From Octopus bimaculoides (lineage: Eukaryota): a stretch of 64,000 nucleotides of DNA. The notes under the pieces are model-generated. The model did no database searches and was not told where the DNA came from. It worked only from the letters and a program-made list of their open reading frames with translations. Location of the stretch: NCBI RefSeq assembly GCF_001194135.2, contig NC_068994.1:47989234-48053233 (forward strand), in the 5' to 3' direction. Positions 26,314 to 40,239 of the stretch are shown here, in pieces. Both the position numbers and the translations under genes were made by a program. Within the stretch, counting starts at the first letter, position 1, and every line of letters starts with the position of its first letter.

Positions 26314-28133
26314 GTAAAGGCAAGATACCAACTTTTGTTTCTTTTCACCACAACCATCATCGTAAGTATAGCCGGCCAACACTGCTCCAGCTGGCTGTGT
26401 ACAGGACTGCGAATACTAATGGCAATGCACATTCTCTTCCGTTTTATTGTTATCTCTTCATCTTAAACATAAGTATTTCTAAAGTTTTCTCTTGGGTTTT
26501 ATTTGTAATGCATTAACGTGGTTTTTGTGTTTGTTCTTTTTTCTTTATATTTATTTGAATTTTTTGTGTATTCCGTGTATATGTATATGTGTTGGTGTCA
26601 GTATACACACACACATACACATATATACAGTATATTTTTCTACCTATTCTACAGAAAGGAGTTGGCAATGTAGACAATAGCAGCTATCATTTATAACAAA
26701 ATAGGAGAAAGACACACAAAAAAATATTATTAAAAATTTATATCCAAACCTTTAAAAAATATTAACTATTGAAAATTGAAATATTTCTTTGTCATAAGAT
26801 CAACCACAACCACCTTTCCAACAGCAGCACTTCTTTCTGTCTATCTCTTTATTTCTCAACTACTTGAGTGAAGTCTCTCCCTCATTTGATGAAGTAAAGT
26901 CTTTCCTTCAACTAAATTAGAAGATCTCTCTTCCTGTCTACAAGGGTGTGGGCATGTCACTAAGTTTTCTTTCATCCTCTGTCCCCCAGGAGAATCTGCT
27001 TTAATGTTGCAATGTTTCTCATGCCAGGTACTGAGATTGTGCTTCCGTTTATTATCCCCTAATGAGTTTGTGTTAATTGTCTACTCACAATGGAGTTGGT
27101 TGTAATATCATTATTTCTCCTGCATTATGTCATGCGTCCCAGACCATGTCCCATATTACTCCTCATCCCTTGTGAGGTTGTATTTCACCATTCCCCACCA
27201 CCACCACTTCTAGCTTCATTACTTCTCCTTCATCAAGTCATAACCCCACCCTCTTACTTAACAGTTCTGTGCTTCTGCTTTCTGCAGTGAAATTATGTTT
27301 TAAAAGAAGAGTTTATTTTAAAAAGTTTTGCATGTCAACTCTTTTCTTCAGTTTTTCTTTGAGAAAACACTAATTTCTTTTAGTGGCATTTGTGTTTATT
27401 AAATACAAGCATATCAAGCTATCTACTGGTTATTAATTACTCTCTATGTCTGTTGCTTTTTACTATCTAGTGTTTCTCATCCTATTCTTGCCTTGAGCAG
27501 AACACTATGTTAGGAATGGGTCGTTTCAATTTCATTTGAAGAACAGAACAACAATTTTAATGGGGAGGTTAACAATAGCCGTGATTTTAAAATACTAGAC
27601 AAACAATTTCTAGCCATTTTTGTCTTGTGCTTTTGAGCAAGGCACATAACTCGACTTGCTTCAGTTCAACTGACTGACAAAACAGGCTTCACTTCTAATT
27701 TCATTATCAAATAGTTAGTGCTATACAAGAGATGTCCAGCTGTAAAAATAACTGCTCAAATAGGATTAAGATTTTGTAAACAAACACACACCTCTAAACA
27801 TTGAGAGGTGGGGGGGAGCAAAAAAAGATGAGTTAAATGTGGTACTTCACTCAAAATTCTTTATCTAACTTGAAAATTTTTCTTCAATTAACAACATACA
27901 TCGAACTTTTACTATGGATGCAAATGGAATTATGTGTGAGTGGATGCTGTCATTTAGATACAAATTGGATTTGTTGCAATATTCGTGTTTGTAATTTATA
28001 ATGTAATGCAAGTCTGTATCTTATTTTAGAGAAAATATCATTTTCTTTGAGATTTTTTTTTTTTTAGTCTATCTTAATGATAAGGTTTGTATTTATTTTC
28101 CTTCTTTCTTTCTGTCTCTTTAATCTGTCTCTT

Positions 28134-28174
<41 letters not shown>

Positions 28175-30733
28175 GTCTACTTATTTTGTTTGTTACCAAT
28201 TGTTCCTAAATCTTTTGCCACCTGAAAATGTTAAGTGTATTATAGTTAAATAAATGTAACGTAAGCTATTGTACATGTTAAAAAAAAAGACATAATGCTA
28301 TTATATTTACCAAAATAGAGTCCGTCTCTCTAATGGTGATGGTATGACAGTCTGTATGGATTCATGTAATTTGAATTCTGTGTAAATGGTCCTCTCTAAT
28401 ATTTTTTAACTTTTAGTAATAAGGTGCTAGAATTCATGGTAGGTACTAAGTTCAATTCCTTTTAAAAAGAAAAAAATGTCTTACTTTTATATGAAACCCT
28501 CCTAACAGTTATTTGAAGTTGCAGTCTCAATTAAAGCTACTTATATTTGGCATCTATTTGGAGTATGACTTTCTTGCAGTTTTTTGCCTGGAAGCCAGTA
28601 CCAGTGATGAGATTGGTTAATGAATAGGTGGTGGTGTGTGTGTGTGTGGTGGTATTGTTTGGTATAACCAGCGATACCTGTGTCTCTCTGGTTCTCTTTC
28701 ATTCTGTCATCCTCTTCTATCTTCTACATGTGAGGTTTGGAATTATGGCAACTGAAGATCTGTACATTTAGACATTGTACACAGTTTTATCAGCTGACAT
28801 CATTAAGCTTAGATAAGCAACAAATGAAATCTGGTTAATAAAAGTTTTTCATGTGTTTTAAGGATTGATGTAAATATCAGAATGCAGGAAAACTTTGAAA
28901 TTCACTATAGATTCTTGTATTGGTTCATTCATTCATACATGGTCATGTTTAAGGCTCTGCTTTCTAGGGTTAGATGGTTTATATTGAACACCCTGCTTCC
29001 TCCCCTGCAGTACATATTCTGTCAACTGATACTTGTTTTATCATCCTTGTAAGCATGTAAAGAAAGCCAGCTTTGGTTAGATTTGAACTCGGAATAATCA
29101 TACAATCATTATTAGACTTCAGTTTCTTCATAGAACATGGATTTTTTTGTATTGTTGCAGCACCATTAACTTGTATAATCTTTTATAATGCAGGCTCAAA
29201 GCCAACAACAATCAGCAGAGTTATGTGCCTTGCCTTAAGGGCTCACAAAATATGTCGTGCCTATCATGTAGTCAGAATTTCAAATGCTGGCCATTTTGTT
29301 TCATAATCATAAATGGGGGGTTTTCTTTTTGTTAGTTTTTTTTTTTTTCTCCTCCCTTTGTTCAGATAGATTAGCTTGGTCTTCTAACAGTTCTATACAA
29401 ACGTTTCCCATAGCATCCTCCTTCTGCCTTCTACATTCTCTACTCTCATAACATAGTGTTGTTATCTAGTCCCAGGTCAAGCTCGAGCAAAGATATTCCA
29501 TCCATGGTAGATTTTTCTTTGTGAGGAATCCAGCCACTGTACATATACTTAAGGCTATAGCATCCAAAATGTTCTGTTTATTTTTGTGGGGTGGGGTTTA
29601 ATGTAATTTGAGGAAGATTTGGCTTTTGTTGCTAGCAGGTCAAGCAACTGTGCATTGGTTCCCCTTGTTAGCTTTTCACACTAGCTCAAATCTTCCGCTC
29701 ATTTTTTATTATGTTGGATTGGCCTTTGTATATTGATACCAAAACATTTTCATTTTAATTTGCTTCAACTCAGCAAATGTAACATTAACATTGGGATATC
29801 GTTTTTGCATCAAGTTCAGCTGTGATAGACTGTTGTTTTTTTGTTGTTTTTTTCCCAGTCTCCTCCCACTGAGTTATCACTGTCCATACTCCTTATTCTC
29901 TCAATTTGATAATACTAATTAACAGAGCATGCATACCACAACTTCACTTGGTTTAGCCATCAGTTTAGTAAGTAGTTCCTTACTATAACATGCAGTCAAC
30001 TATACCAGTGCATGCAGTACATCTTTCATTCTTATCAGATTAACTGAAATTCCATAATAATTCTATCGATTGCACTGTTTCTGTTTATTCTCTTCCTACA
30101 TAATTACAATTAGCTTGGCCATTTCTTTGATTGTTTCTTAAATTAAATCACTAAAGTAGGTTATGGCTTAATTAGTTTGACTTTGGTGTTTAATTATTGT
30201 AATATTTGGCTGCTTCTTTTTGTTTTTTGTTTTCTACCAAAAGGTATATCAAAAAGGTTTTATCAGTTCCATGTGGAGAAGAATTATCTAATGTTTCAAA
30301 TGGAATTCTTCATCAGAGAATATTGGGAAAAGCTCGATTTTTAGGCATTAATTGTTCATACTTTGCCACATGGCAAACTAATGTAACTCTTTCGTTTTAC
30401 CTTCTAACATATCAATCCTAGCTGCTGCAGACCACCAGTTGTCTTCATTGACTTGCTAAATTTTCTTTTGATTCAAATTTTTTATGATTAGTCCTTCATC
30501 TTGCTTCTATTTCCTCTCAGCCTAAACTATAGTGTGTGTTTGTGTGTGCACTCTCACACATGCATGTATGTATATCGTCTATCAATCTTGAATCTCTTGT
30601 GTTTGTCCACATCATAGCAACCCATGGCTGAATGGTTTTTCTTCTTACTCTGTCTGCAAGGTAGTATCTCTGACTTAACTTGTCACGCTTCTCATTAATT
30701 TTATATTTATTAAATGTCTTGCTATCTTGTTTG

Positions 30734-30764
<31 letters not shown>

Positions 30765-33087
30765 NNNNNNNNNNNNNNNNNNNNNNNNNNNNNNNNNNNN
30801 NNNNNAAAAAAAAAAAAAAAGAATGCCCTTTATCTGAACATAAAAATTTTAGCTGGATAAACTATTTAGGATTTTTCATTATTTTTTTATTATTTCTACT
30901 TCATACTGCCTTATCCTCACAGCTAATGTTCTTTTATGGAGTAAAAACAATGTTGTGAAGGTAGGTAAAGTACTAATGTACTTTTATTGAGGCTCCTTGA
31001 TTATAAGTTCTAACCTTATGACAACAATTATGTTTTATTCCTGGTTTACCTGGCAAATGACATGTTCAAATCTCATTAAACCATGCCCGCAAGTGCACAA
31101 ATTTGGGACTGCAGTGGAGAGGAGGGGAAATTGTCCTACATTATTAAAATGGAAGGTGGGGAAAACTGCCGACAATAATTTAGGAAAAACTGAAATATTT
31201 TTGCAAGTTGTTTTTTTTTTTTTTTTACCATTCTTGTCCCTGGCTTATTCTCACTGATACAAATACATGTTTCTAAGGTAATATCCTAAACTTGTCCAAT
31301 ATCTCTTCCTATATATAGAGAGAGAGGGAATGAGATATAGATGCAAAGCCAGATAAATTGATAGATAGATAGAAATATTGTTTGCAATTAGTAGCAAAAC
31401 ATGTCAAATTACAGGTGCCAGCAATTTTTAATGTTTAGTCCAACAGTTTCCCCTTAATTTAAGAGATTTTCCCCTTCCTCTCCTCGTTTTTAGATTTCAC
31501 TGGACCTTAAGCTTGCCAGTGACTTTCATTCTAAGCTTCATACTTCAAGGATATAAGTGCTTGGTTTATAACTGTGTGAAACTGAAAGTTACACAGAATA
31601 TTGGAATAATGGAATCGGTCAGCTCAGTAATTCATGCTGTTAAAACTGTTTGGTTAGGGTGTTCTTGGGGAACACTGAGCTTGTGACCATTTCATTACTT
31701 CAGAAAAAGAGTGATAGTAATAATTCTTTGAAATTTTATTTATATCAGTATTGAGCAACTAGGAAGAGTAGAGAATAGATCAAACTCTTACTACAACTTA
31801 TGCTAAGTTCCCAGACGTATAACACCTTTGATTTTGTCTTCTCTTTCATTACTTGATACTGTATGTATTGTCACAATTGCAGAATTACAGAGTTAACTAG
31901 TTTTATTATTGTTATCAAATGTATGAATTTATCTATAGACTACATCATGAAGTGTTCTTGCCATCTTGGATGTTATCTATGTAAAGATATCTGTGTCATT
32001 AGATTTTGTTTCTTCTTTGTGACACACTAATAGCCTCCTCCCATTTATTTTCTGTTTCATTAATGCTGGGAGTTTGGGTGTGATTAAAAACTGGTTCCTG
32101 TGATTGCACACTGTGCTTGAAATATTGTAAAATAATGTTAGTTTGGTGATTGATAAGAAAAATTAGTAGATTTGCAGACAAAATTTTAGTATCCTTTCAT
32201 GTTGAGTTCAAAGCCTGCTGAAGTCAACATTGCATTTCAGTATTTTGGGGTTTGGTAAAATAGATATTTGAATCAATTAATTCAACAATAGCCTTTGGCA
32301 GCAGTCTTCCAGTTTGGTCTCAATCTCTTGACATTCCTATGAAAATTTGTAATTTTGTAAGTAATAGGAGATTTAGATAAGACAGAAATTAGGAATAAAG
32401 TAGCAGAATGATTTAATTACGTTAAAACAAGAAGCAACTTGTAGCTTTTTGATAAAATTAGTTTGACTAGGTAAGAACTGACAGTGTATGTGTTGGTATG
32501 GGAGAGCAGAATAATTAATCATATTAAAGAAAATTTAGTCACTTTGTATTTTATTTGTTCTGTTTTGGGAGAAGGTTCTCGAACACAATGGAGTAAACAT
32601 ATTTTCTCTCACTTCCTGCACTTGATTAGAGTTGCACAGCTCTTTCACTGGCCTCCTCTCGGAATTGAGCGAAAGCAGACATTTCCACAAATGGTAATGC
32701 TTTTTGAATTTTCTTTTATATTTTGCAGAGTGATGTTAGTTACGGAACGATAAGTGACACAGACTAAATTAGTTGCTAGAGGTGGTATATCTGTTTCAGT
32801 TGACGGAAGTCCAGTGTCCTTGTTCAACACGAGAATGTCGATGTTGTATTGGCTAATCTTAAGAATTTTTGTTTGGGAAGCTTCCATATTTCTCTGCTAT
32901 TCGGTATTTGTGGTTTCAGTTATTGGACTACGGTGACGCTGGGGCAATATCTTCAGGGTTTCTGTCAGTTGTTTCAACCTTCAATCTGGTACTGGCTTCA
33001 TTGATCTCTATTTGCGCAGTTGCTTCATTACTGGACATAAACGGATACAGCATGAACAACACCAGTTTTTTAATTGGTTAAGCACAT

Positions 33088-33132
<45 letters not shown>

Positions 33133-33158
33133 TGCACACACACACACACACACACACA
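33088..33158. repeat. (CA)n microsatellite
   Basis: Directly visible. Confidence 0.9.
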
Positions 33159-34078
33159 GAGGCTTCTTCACAATTTCTGTCCATCAAAGTCCACTTGCAA
33201 AATATTGGTCAACTTGAGGCTATAGTAGAAGGCACTTGCACATGGTCCTACCCGATGTACTTGTACCCCTGTATATATCAGGCAAATGTCTTTGGTTACA
33301 AAGCAAGCTTCTTAGCCTCACAACCATGTCTGTACCTATTGTTTTATTTAAAACTAACCAAAATTATGGTTTATTTCTTTCTCTTATCTTTGTTTTCCTG
33401 CCTTAATATTTTTCTGTTTCTCCTCGTTTCCATTCATTTGGTGCTAAATATAACCCATATTGCAGATTTTGTAACTGTTGTCTTAATTATCACAATTGAA
33501 TTACAATGAACTTCTCCCTCCTCCCCTGTCACTTCCAGCTTCTTCTGTGTAAATATGTGGATTGTTTGTGATGTTTTTGAACAAGTTTCTGTATTTCTGT
33601 AATCTATGGGTACAAGCCTTACTAAGTTTGTCTTTCTTAGTTGGTCTGTATATGTGTAGTAAAACAATTTTGCAGTTGCTTTCCATCTGTCTGTCTATCT
33701 TGTCTCTTTCTATTATATCAACTTCAATTGTATAAATTAGATATCATGTTAGTGTGCAGGAGGTGTGGGCAGAGTGCACAAGGTTATATATATTACATAT
33801 ATCACTTCCATTGATGGGTTGATATAGTGATTAAATAAGATATATTATGTCTTGAAGGAACCCATACCTTAAAAAGAAAATATTCATTGACCAGTGGTCA
33901 GTATGACCTACTGAATAAGGCGGTATTCATTTGAAAGGAAGGTTGAGGTTGGAGATATCAGGGATATGTAAGGAAAAATCATTAAAACATTTGAATGTGG
34001 CAAAGAATGGGTTCTGTTTTAGATGTGGTTGGAGATGAGTCTCCTGAAGCAGATATTTCTACTGCCATCAGTTTTGAA

Positions 34079-34401
34079 CAGTGGTTCCTCAATCTTTTTG
34101 ACTTCACGGCATACTAGAGAGCAAATAAAAAAAAAAGAATTGTTGGTACACTTCGTAAGGAAACTTGAAAAGAGAAAAATAGAACATTCTAAAGTTTTAA
34201 AATATATGTAAAGAAGTAAAGAAAATTATTGCTTACATTTTATTTAATTATATTTGTATACCACAAAATTATGAATAATGCGTTCTTCAGGAAACTTGAA
34301 AATTTTTTTTAAAGCCTTAAATTTGTGGGGTTTTTTTAAATTCCCTGTTGCACTTAGATATTCCTTGCTGTGTGCTATGACATACAATTTGAGAACCACC
34401 A
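34079..34401. mobile_element. hAT (Charlie-like) non-autonomous element relic
   Basis: CAGTGGTTCCTCAA ... TTGAGAACCACC terminal inverted repeats; no clean 8-bp TSD. Confidence 0.5.
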
Positions 34402-35159
34402 CAGTTTGGTACATGCTCAAGTTTCTAAGATGTTAGTCATTACGATCTACAAACAGCAATGGTCAAGGTTCAAAGGTAGTTTCAAAAAGGGCTATATTGT
34501 CCAAGGGAGACAATTACATTAGGATTACTATTGTGGTTTGGTGATTTCTGGCTTTTTCATCCTGAAAGACACATCATGAACAACTAGTGTTTTTATACAA
34601 CTTGTAAAGAACGTCATTGAATTAATTACTCAGAGATGCTATCTGCATAAGTATTTTTTTTTTAAATCAATACTAGATTACTATACAACTTGTTGGTCAG
34701 TTAAGTAACTGGGTAAATTATTGGTTAGCCAGGGAACTAGGCAATAACACCATGCTGGTGAACTATTGAACTTGATGCAGTAACCAAGTTTCTTACAGAT
34801 TGTATTTCTTTTAATCAACCAAACCCCCCACCTTATTACAGTGTTTCCACATGTCCTAACATTGTCATATCCTAACATTGGACCATTTAACATATTGCTG
34901 CTATTGTCGTTGCTGTTACCACCACTAACCCCACACTCCATTGAATCCCTTTTTTGAAACATGTTGACAACAGATTAATTCACTTTTCTGCTGCCTCCAT
35001 GGACAATCCTGATCACCACCGTCCCCACCACCACAAATCCCTGCTCTTTCCTCTCCACCACCACTTCATTGAACATCAACATTATTTGTGATTAGATTTC
35101 AACTAAATGATTTCCTCAGTATTTTAATTGTTTACCTTTTATAATGTGTGTGTATGTGT

Positions 35160-35251
35160 CTGTTACATATATATATATATATTTATATATATACATAGTT
35201 ATATGTATATATATTTATATATATATATATGTGTGTGTATATATATATGTA

Positions 35252-35308
<57 letters not shown>

Positions 35309-35662
35309 NNNNNNNNNNNNNNNNNNNNNNNNNNNNNNNNNNNNNNNNNNNNNNNNNNNNNNNNNNNNNNNNNNNNNNNNNNNNNNNNNNNNNNNNNNNN
35401 NNNNNNNNNNNNNNNNNNNNNNNNNNNNNNNNNNNNNNNNNNNNNNNNNNNNNNNNNNNNNNNNNNNNNNNNNNNNNNNNNNNNNNNNNNNNNNNNNNNN
35501 NNNNNNNNNNNNNNNNNNNNNNNNNNNNNNNNNNNNNNNNNNNNNNNNNNNNNNNNNNNNNNNNNNNNNNNNNNNNNNNNNNNNNNNNNNNNNNNNNNNN
35601 NNNNNNNNNNNNNNNNNNNNNNNNNNNNNNNNNNNNNNNNNNNNNNNNNNNNNNNNNNNNNN
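35160..35662. repeat. (AT)n run leading into assembly gap (N 35309-35662)
   Basis: Directly visible. Confidence 0.9.
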
Positions 35663-38600
35663 TAAACTTGCTCTTTACTCCACATATACACTTTAAGAAC
35701 TGCTGCTTTATTTCTTTACATCTTTAGATAATTTACTGGAACGTATTTCACCCTTTGGAAATTCACCAAGACTTGATACCTCACCTTCGAAAAGAAAAGG
35801 TTAATTGATTTTTTTATTTTTCAACTTTTTCATATCTATCTATCTGTCTGTCTGTCTATCTATCTATATCTTAGTGAAAGACTTGTGTTGTTTATTATTT
35901 TTTGTTTTTTTTTTCTCCTCAGTCTGCTAAGGTTTTTTTTTTTTGTTTTTTTTTTAGTCTAATATGCAGAAAAATTCTAGTTAGTTTTGCGAGAAGTTTT
36001 GGTGTTCCACTTGAGTGGTTTCGTTGTGAATGAGCTCATTTATCCATTGATTGAGGTTGTTGCTGCATGTTTGCTATTAATGTTGTTATTACTATTATTA
36101 TTATGATTATTATTAATATTATTATTATTATTATAACTTCTGCTGCTGCTGCTCCTACTTTTCCTACAGTTTTCATTCTGTTTATTAAGACAAGATGAGG
36201 CATTAAAAAAATCTGAAATGTCTGGAAATGATTTTTTTAAAAATTTATTATTATTATTATTATTATCTGTGTACCACCTACTCACCTACCTTTCATTATC
36301 AGTTGAAGTTTACTGGTTGTGATTCTGTAAGTTCCGTAATTGTTAAAACAGCTGCTGCTTTGGTTTATGGGTCATTCGTATACACAAAAAAAATGTTAAT
36401 TTCACATAGTTCAGTTTTAACTACAGGATATACCTCTAAAATCATATCTTTATCTTTGTAAAGACGAAAATAAAACTTTAGAACAAAAGAAAACCGTTAA
36501 TGTAGAACATGTTCTGAATAATGAATTCTTATTAGTTTTGGGGATTTTGTGAGTGTCTGTGTGTGTGTGTGTGTTGTGATTTCTCCCTTGAGTTTTTTGG
36601 TTGATTACTCAATTATTTCTGCTTTTATTTCTTTTGCTCTTCACTATTCACCAATAACTTAAAAACACTAAATCAAGAGACTCAGATTATGGATTGGTTT
36701 GTTTGTTTCATTCTCTTTATTTGCTTCTTCTTGGACTGGTATAATTATTATTTGAGGATGCTGTCTTTCATAGCCACAATGTCATTCATAAAATGTCCCT
36801 TTCCCTTCCCTTTGTAAAAGGACTTCTGCAAAGTACAGAAAAAAAATCAAACATTAACATTTGGTTTTAAAAATAAATTTTCTGGATATTGTGTGTGTGT
36901 ATGTGATTGTTTGCTGTCCTCTGCCATTCATATATTTATTTTAATAACCTGTGTCACTCATTGCCTTATAGTTGTAGTTTAGCCCCAGGTCATTCCTGAT
37001 CCAGCAGGCCTATGATCAAAGGCATTCCAGCTATAACCATTGTCTTTTTTTTTTCCAGGCCATAATGCATCTAGGGTTATACGTTGTCCAATGAAACTTT
37101 CCTTTGTTTTTGAGAGAATATAGCAGGTGACACGATATAGACAGAAAACTAGTTTCTGTTTTTACCTAGTCAAACCACCATATGAAAAGTCCCTTCGATA
37201 TACACACTACACACATACACACAACTTGTGTAAAAACTTGAGATAACCAGTATTCAAGTGAAGTTGAATATGCATTGTCCTTCATCAGCTGCTGGCATCT
37301 GTAATGTTTGTTTTTTTATGGGGGGGGGTCTGTTTTTAGAATTAGCTGTGTTCAACAATGTTCATACGCTTCTCCTCAATTTTGGGAATAGTCTCAGTTG
37401 AATTAAAATCATTATGTTTATCAAGAAATTCATTTCAAGTTCTTCTGATCCACATTGGCTCTTCTACTTTAATGTTTTTCCCATATTTGGACATCGCTCT
37501 TTCATTTTATTAAATATGTCCAAATTTTTTGTTCTATTTAAGGAATCTGAAATTTCAATAGAAATATGGTCACAAAACACTTTAAGCTAACTTATCTCTC
37601 TATCCTAGTTTGATCCTTGTTTATAAAGATGTTTTACATAATATCTCATGGTCTAGTGTCATTCTTAACTGAACTTTTTTCATTGGTTTTTGTTTGTTTC
37701 TTTTTTTTTTGCCGCTTTTTCAAAATTATTTCCCTTCCTTTCTTTATAAAATTATCTGGTTGACTGCCTTTCTTACACACACATACACACACAGATGACA
37801 ACTGTGCAGACTTTATCTAGTAACCTACCACATTAATGTAACTGACTGCTATTACTGTCTTCATTGCTTCTTTCATAAAAGAATATGGCTAGAATTTTTC
37901 TTGTTTTGAAAATTTTTTTTTCTTCTCCTCTCTTTGATAATTATATATTCTATTATAGTTTTGCTTCTACTCTTTAAGGTTCATCATTAGAATGACATGC
38001 ATTCTAGATTTGTTATTAACTTTCTTTAAAACGAGAATTTTTAAATATACTCTCGTATCAGTGAACTTTTCACAAAGCCCATTCCTTCCTCTTCCTTCCC
38101 TCTATCAAAAAAAAAAAAAACTCATTTTTCTGATAGTTTTATGCATTTTTAAATAAGTAGCATATTTTCACACACACCCACATGCAGTGTGTTGCTATTC
38201 TGTGTAATTGTTCTTTATTCATTTAGTTAGAGTATAGGACAGTCCCACCTTCCCTCCATTTGCTTGTGTTAACTGTATTACTACTACCCATATATTGTAT
38301 GAGTTAATTGGAATCAATTATATTCTCGATAGCCTCTGTTTTGTGTCCTCGGTGGGCATCTCTTCCCCTATAGCTGCCAACATTAGCTGTTGCACTTGTA
38401 TGTTGTAGAGTTTAAGATGTAGTTCTTTTATATATATCTAGGACACATTGTTTTTAAGTCCCAGATCAACCCTAATTGATTAAAACTTGGAAACAGAGGT
38501 ATATCAGGGGTATCTCAGAATAAATTAGCTAAGTGCTCATCTTTAAGACTGTGGGGTATGGTTTTGGGAGGGGTTTTAGCTCCTATTTCTAGTTGGTTAA

Positions 38601-38666
38601 ACAACTTCATAGAGGGTTGTTTGTTGGCTTAGACTAAAATATATTGATTCTCATAGCACCACCTTC

Positions 38667-38762
38667 NNNNNNNNNNNNNNNNNNNNNNNNNNNNNNNNNN
38701 NNNNNNNNNNNNNNNNNNNNNNNNNNNNNNNNNNNNNNNNNNNNNNNNNNNNNNNNNNNNNN
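38667..38762. other. Assembly gap overlapping a coding exon of LDB
   Basis: 96 N; an exon-like tail and donor follow immediately. Confidence 0.85.
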
Positions 38763-38784
38763 CATTGCATCAACAGCACCGGGG
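38763..38784 (+). CDS. LDB: 3' end of the LDB NLS-containing exon (..IASTAPG); remainder in assembly gap
   Basis: Directly after the N gap: C ATT GCA TCA ACA GCA CCG GGG|gtaggt. The phase-0 donor is what is needed to bridge the phase-1 donor at 26313 and the phase-0 acceptor at 40240. Resembles the SLSSQVP junction peptide. Confidence 0.7.
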
Positions 38785-39779
38785 GTAGGTACTCAGAAAT
38801 TCGGTTGAAACACTTCACACCATTAAGAAAAAAAAAACATGCCCGGCTCTCAGTTGCTTGGCTTCAACTACAACACCAAAAACATTTACTGACTATATAT
38901 GACAAAAAAAAAAAAAAAGCTAAATTTAAAGGAAAAAAACAACCATTCACTAAAGTTAAGAAAGCTTCTTCTACACATCATCTGTCCATTGCTTGTAAAA
39001 AAAAAAAAATAATAATAATGGTTAATATTACTACTACCTGATGCAAACTATTCTAACTGTTTATAGTATAAGGAAGAATTTAAATCTAGATTCTTAAAAG
39101 AAAAACAAGAAAAGAAAACACCAATATTTTTCATTCAACTGCTGCTATATCATCATTCTCATCATCATCATCATCATCTTCATTATCATTATCATCATCA
39201 TCGTCATCATGAAATTTTATGTATAGTTTTATTTAATTTTTGTCTATTTTTTTTTATTTTCATTTTAGTATTTCATAGAGCAAAAAAAAAAAAAAAATTG
39301 GAAAACAAACCTCGATTAATATTGTCTTTTATTTTTCACTTTACCATTATTTTTATAAATCCTGTTGCAGAAACAACGTATTTTTATTTGGCAGAAAGGA
39401 GACTTTTATAAATGGTTCATCTAGACTAATTTCTGCTGACTTTCTTTTTTTTTCTTTTTTTTTTGCCTAAATTCATATTCTTCGGCACAGAAAAGTAGGG
39501 GAAAATTCTGTCTTTCCTTATCGAAAGTTTCGTTTAAAAATACTAACTAGAAAAGATTTCTGCTGTACAAAAGATATATCAAAGACATCCCTCATGTCTA
39601 AAATCTTTTTTTTTTTTTTTCCTATTCACGCAACCTTCGCAAACCCCCACCCAACTTCCAATTCTTCTCAAAGGGTTGAATATTTTCCAACTTTCAAACT
39701 GATTCCTGGCTTGAGCTGTTTACATTGGCTCTTGTGTCTATCTATCTGTCTCGCTATCACTCCATCCATCTATCTGTCC

Positions 39780-39810
<31 letters not shown>

Positions 39811-40035
39811 TTTTTATTTTCTTTTTCTTTGGAGAGAGCATTAGAGGGGATTGTTTAAGCAAGCTTATAGTTAAAATCAAATCACCCCCTTTCAATTCAA
39901 CGAACCCTCTTTGTGTGTGTGTGTGCGCGCCTCTATGTTTATATATGCGCACCATGTATGAATGTCTCTTCCTCACCCCCAACTCTCCCTCCCTCTCTCT
40001 CAACATATGTGTGTGTATGTATACATAAATATATC

Positions 40036-40071
<36 letters not shown>

Positions 40072-40239
40072 TTCATATATACGCATTCAAAAGCTGTTGC
40101 TAGGTGTCGCTGTTGCAAGTTGCCGACACTTGCTAGCCGAAGGCAGCAATGCTCAGACAGAGCTGTGGTCACCCACTCTACCTTTCCCCCAGCTACACCA
40201 TTTCCGTTTGTCTAATGCTCTGTCTTGTTCTCTTTTCAG

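Noticed and set aside
26314-26516. Open frame continuing 68 codons past the LDB donor
   Set aside because: No recognisable similarity; explainable as chance read-through.
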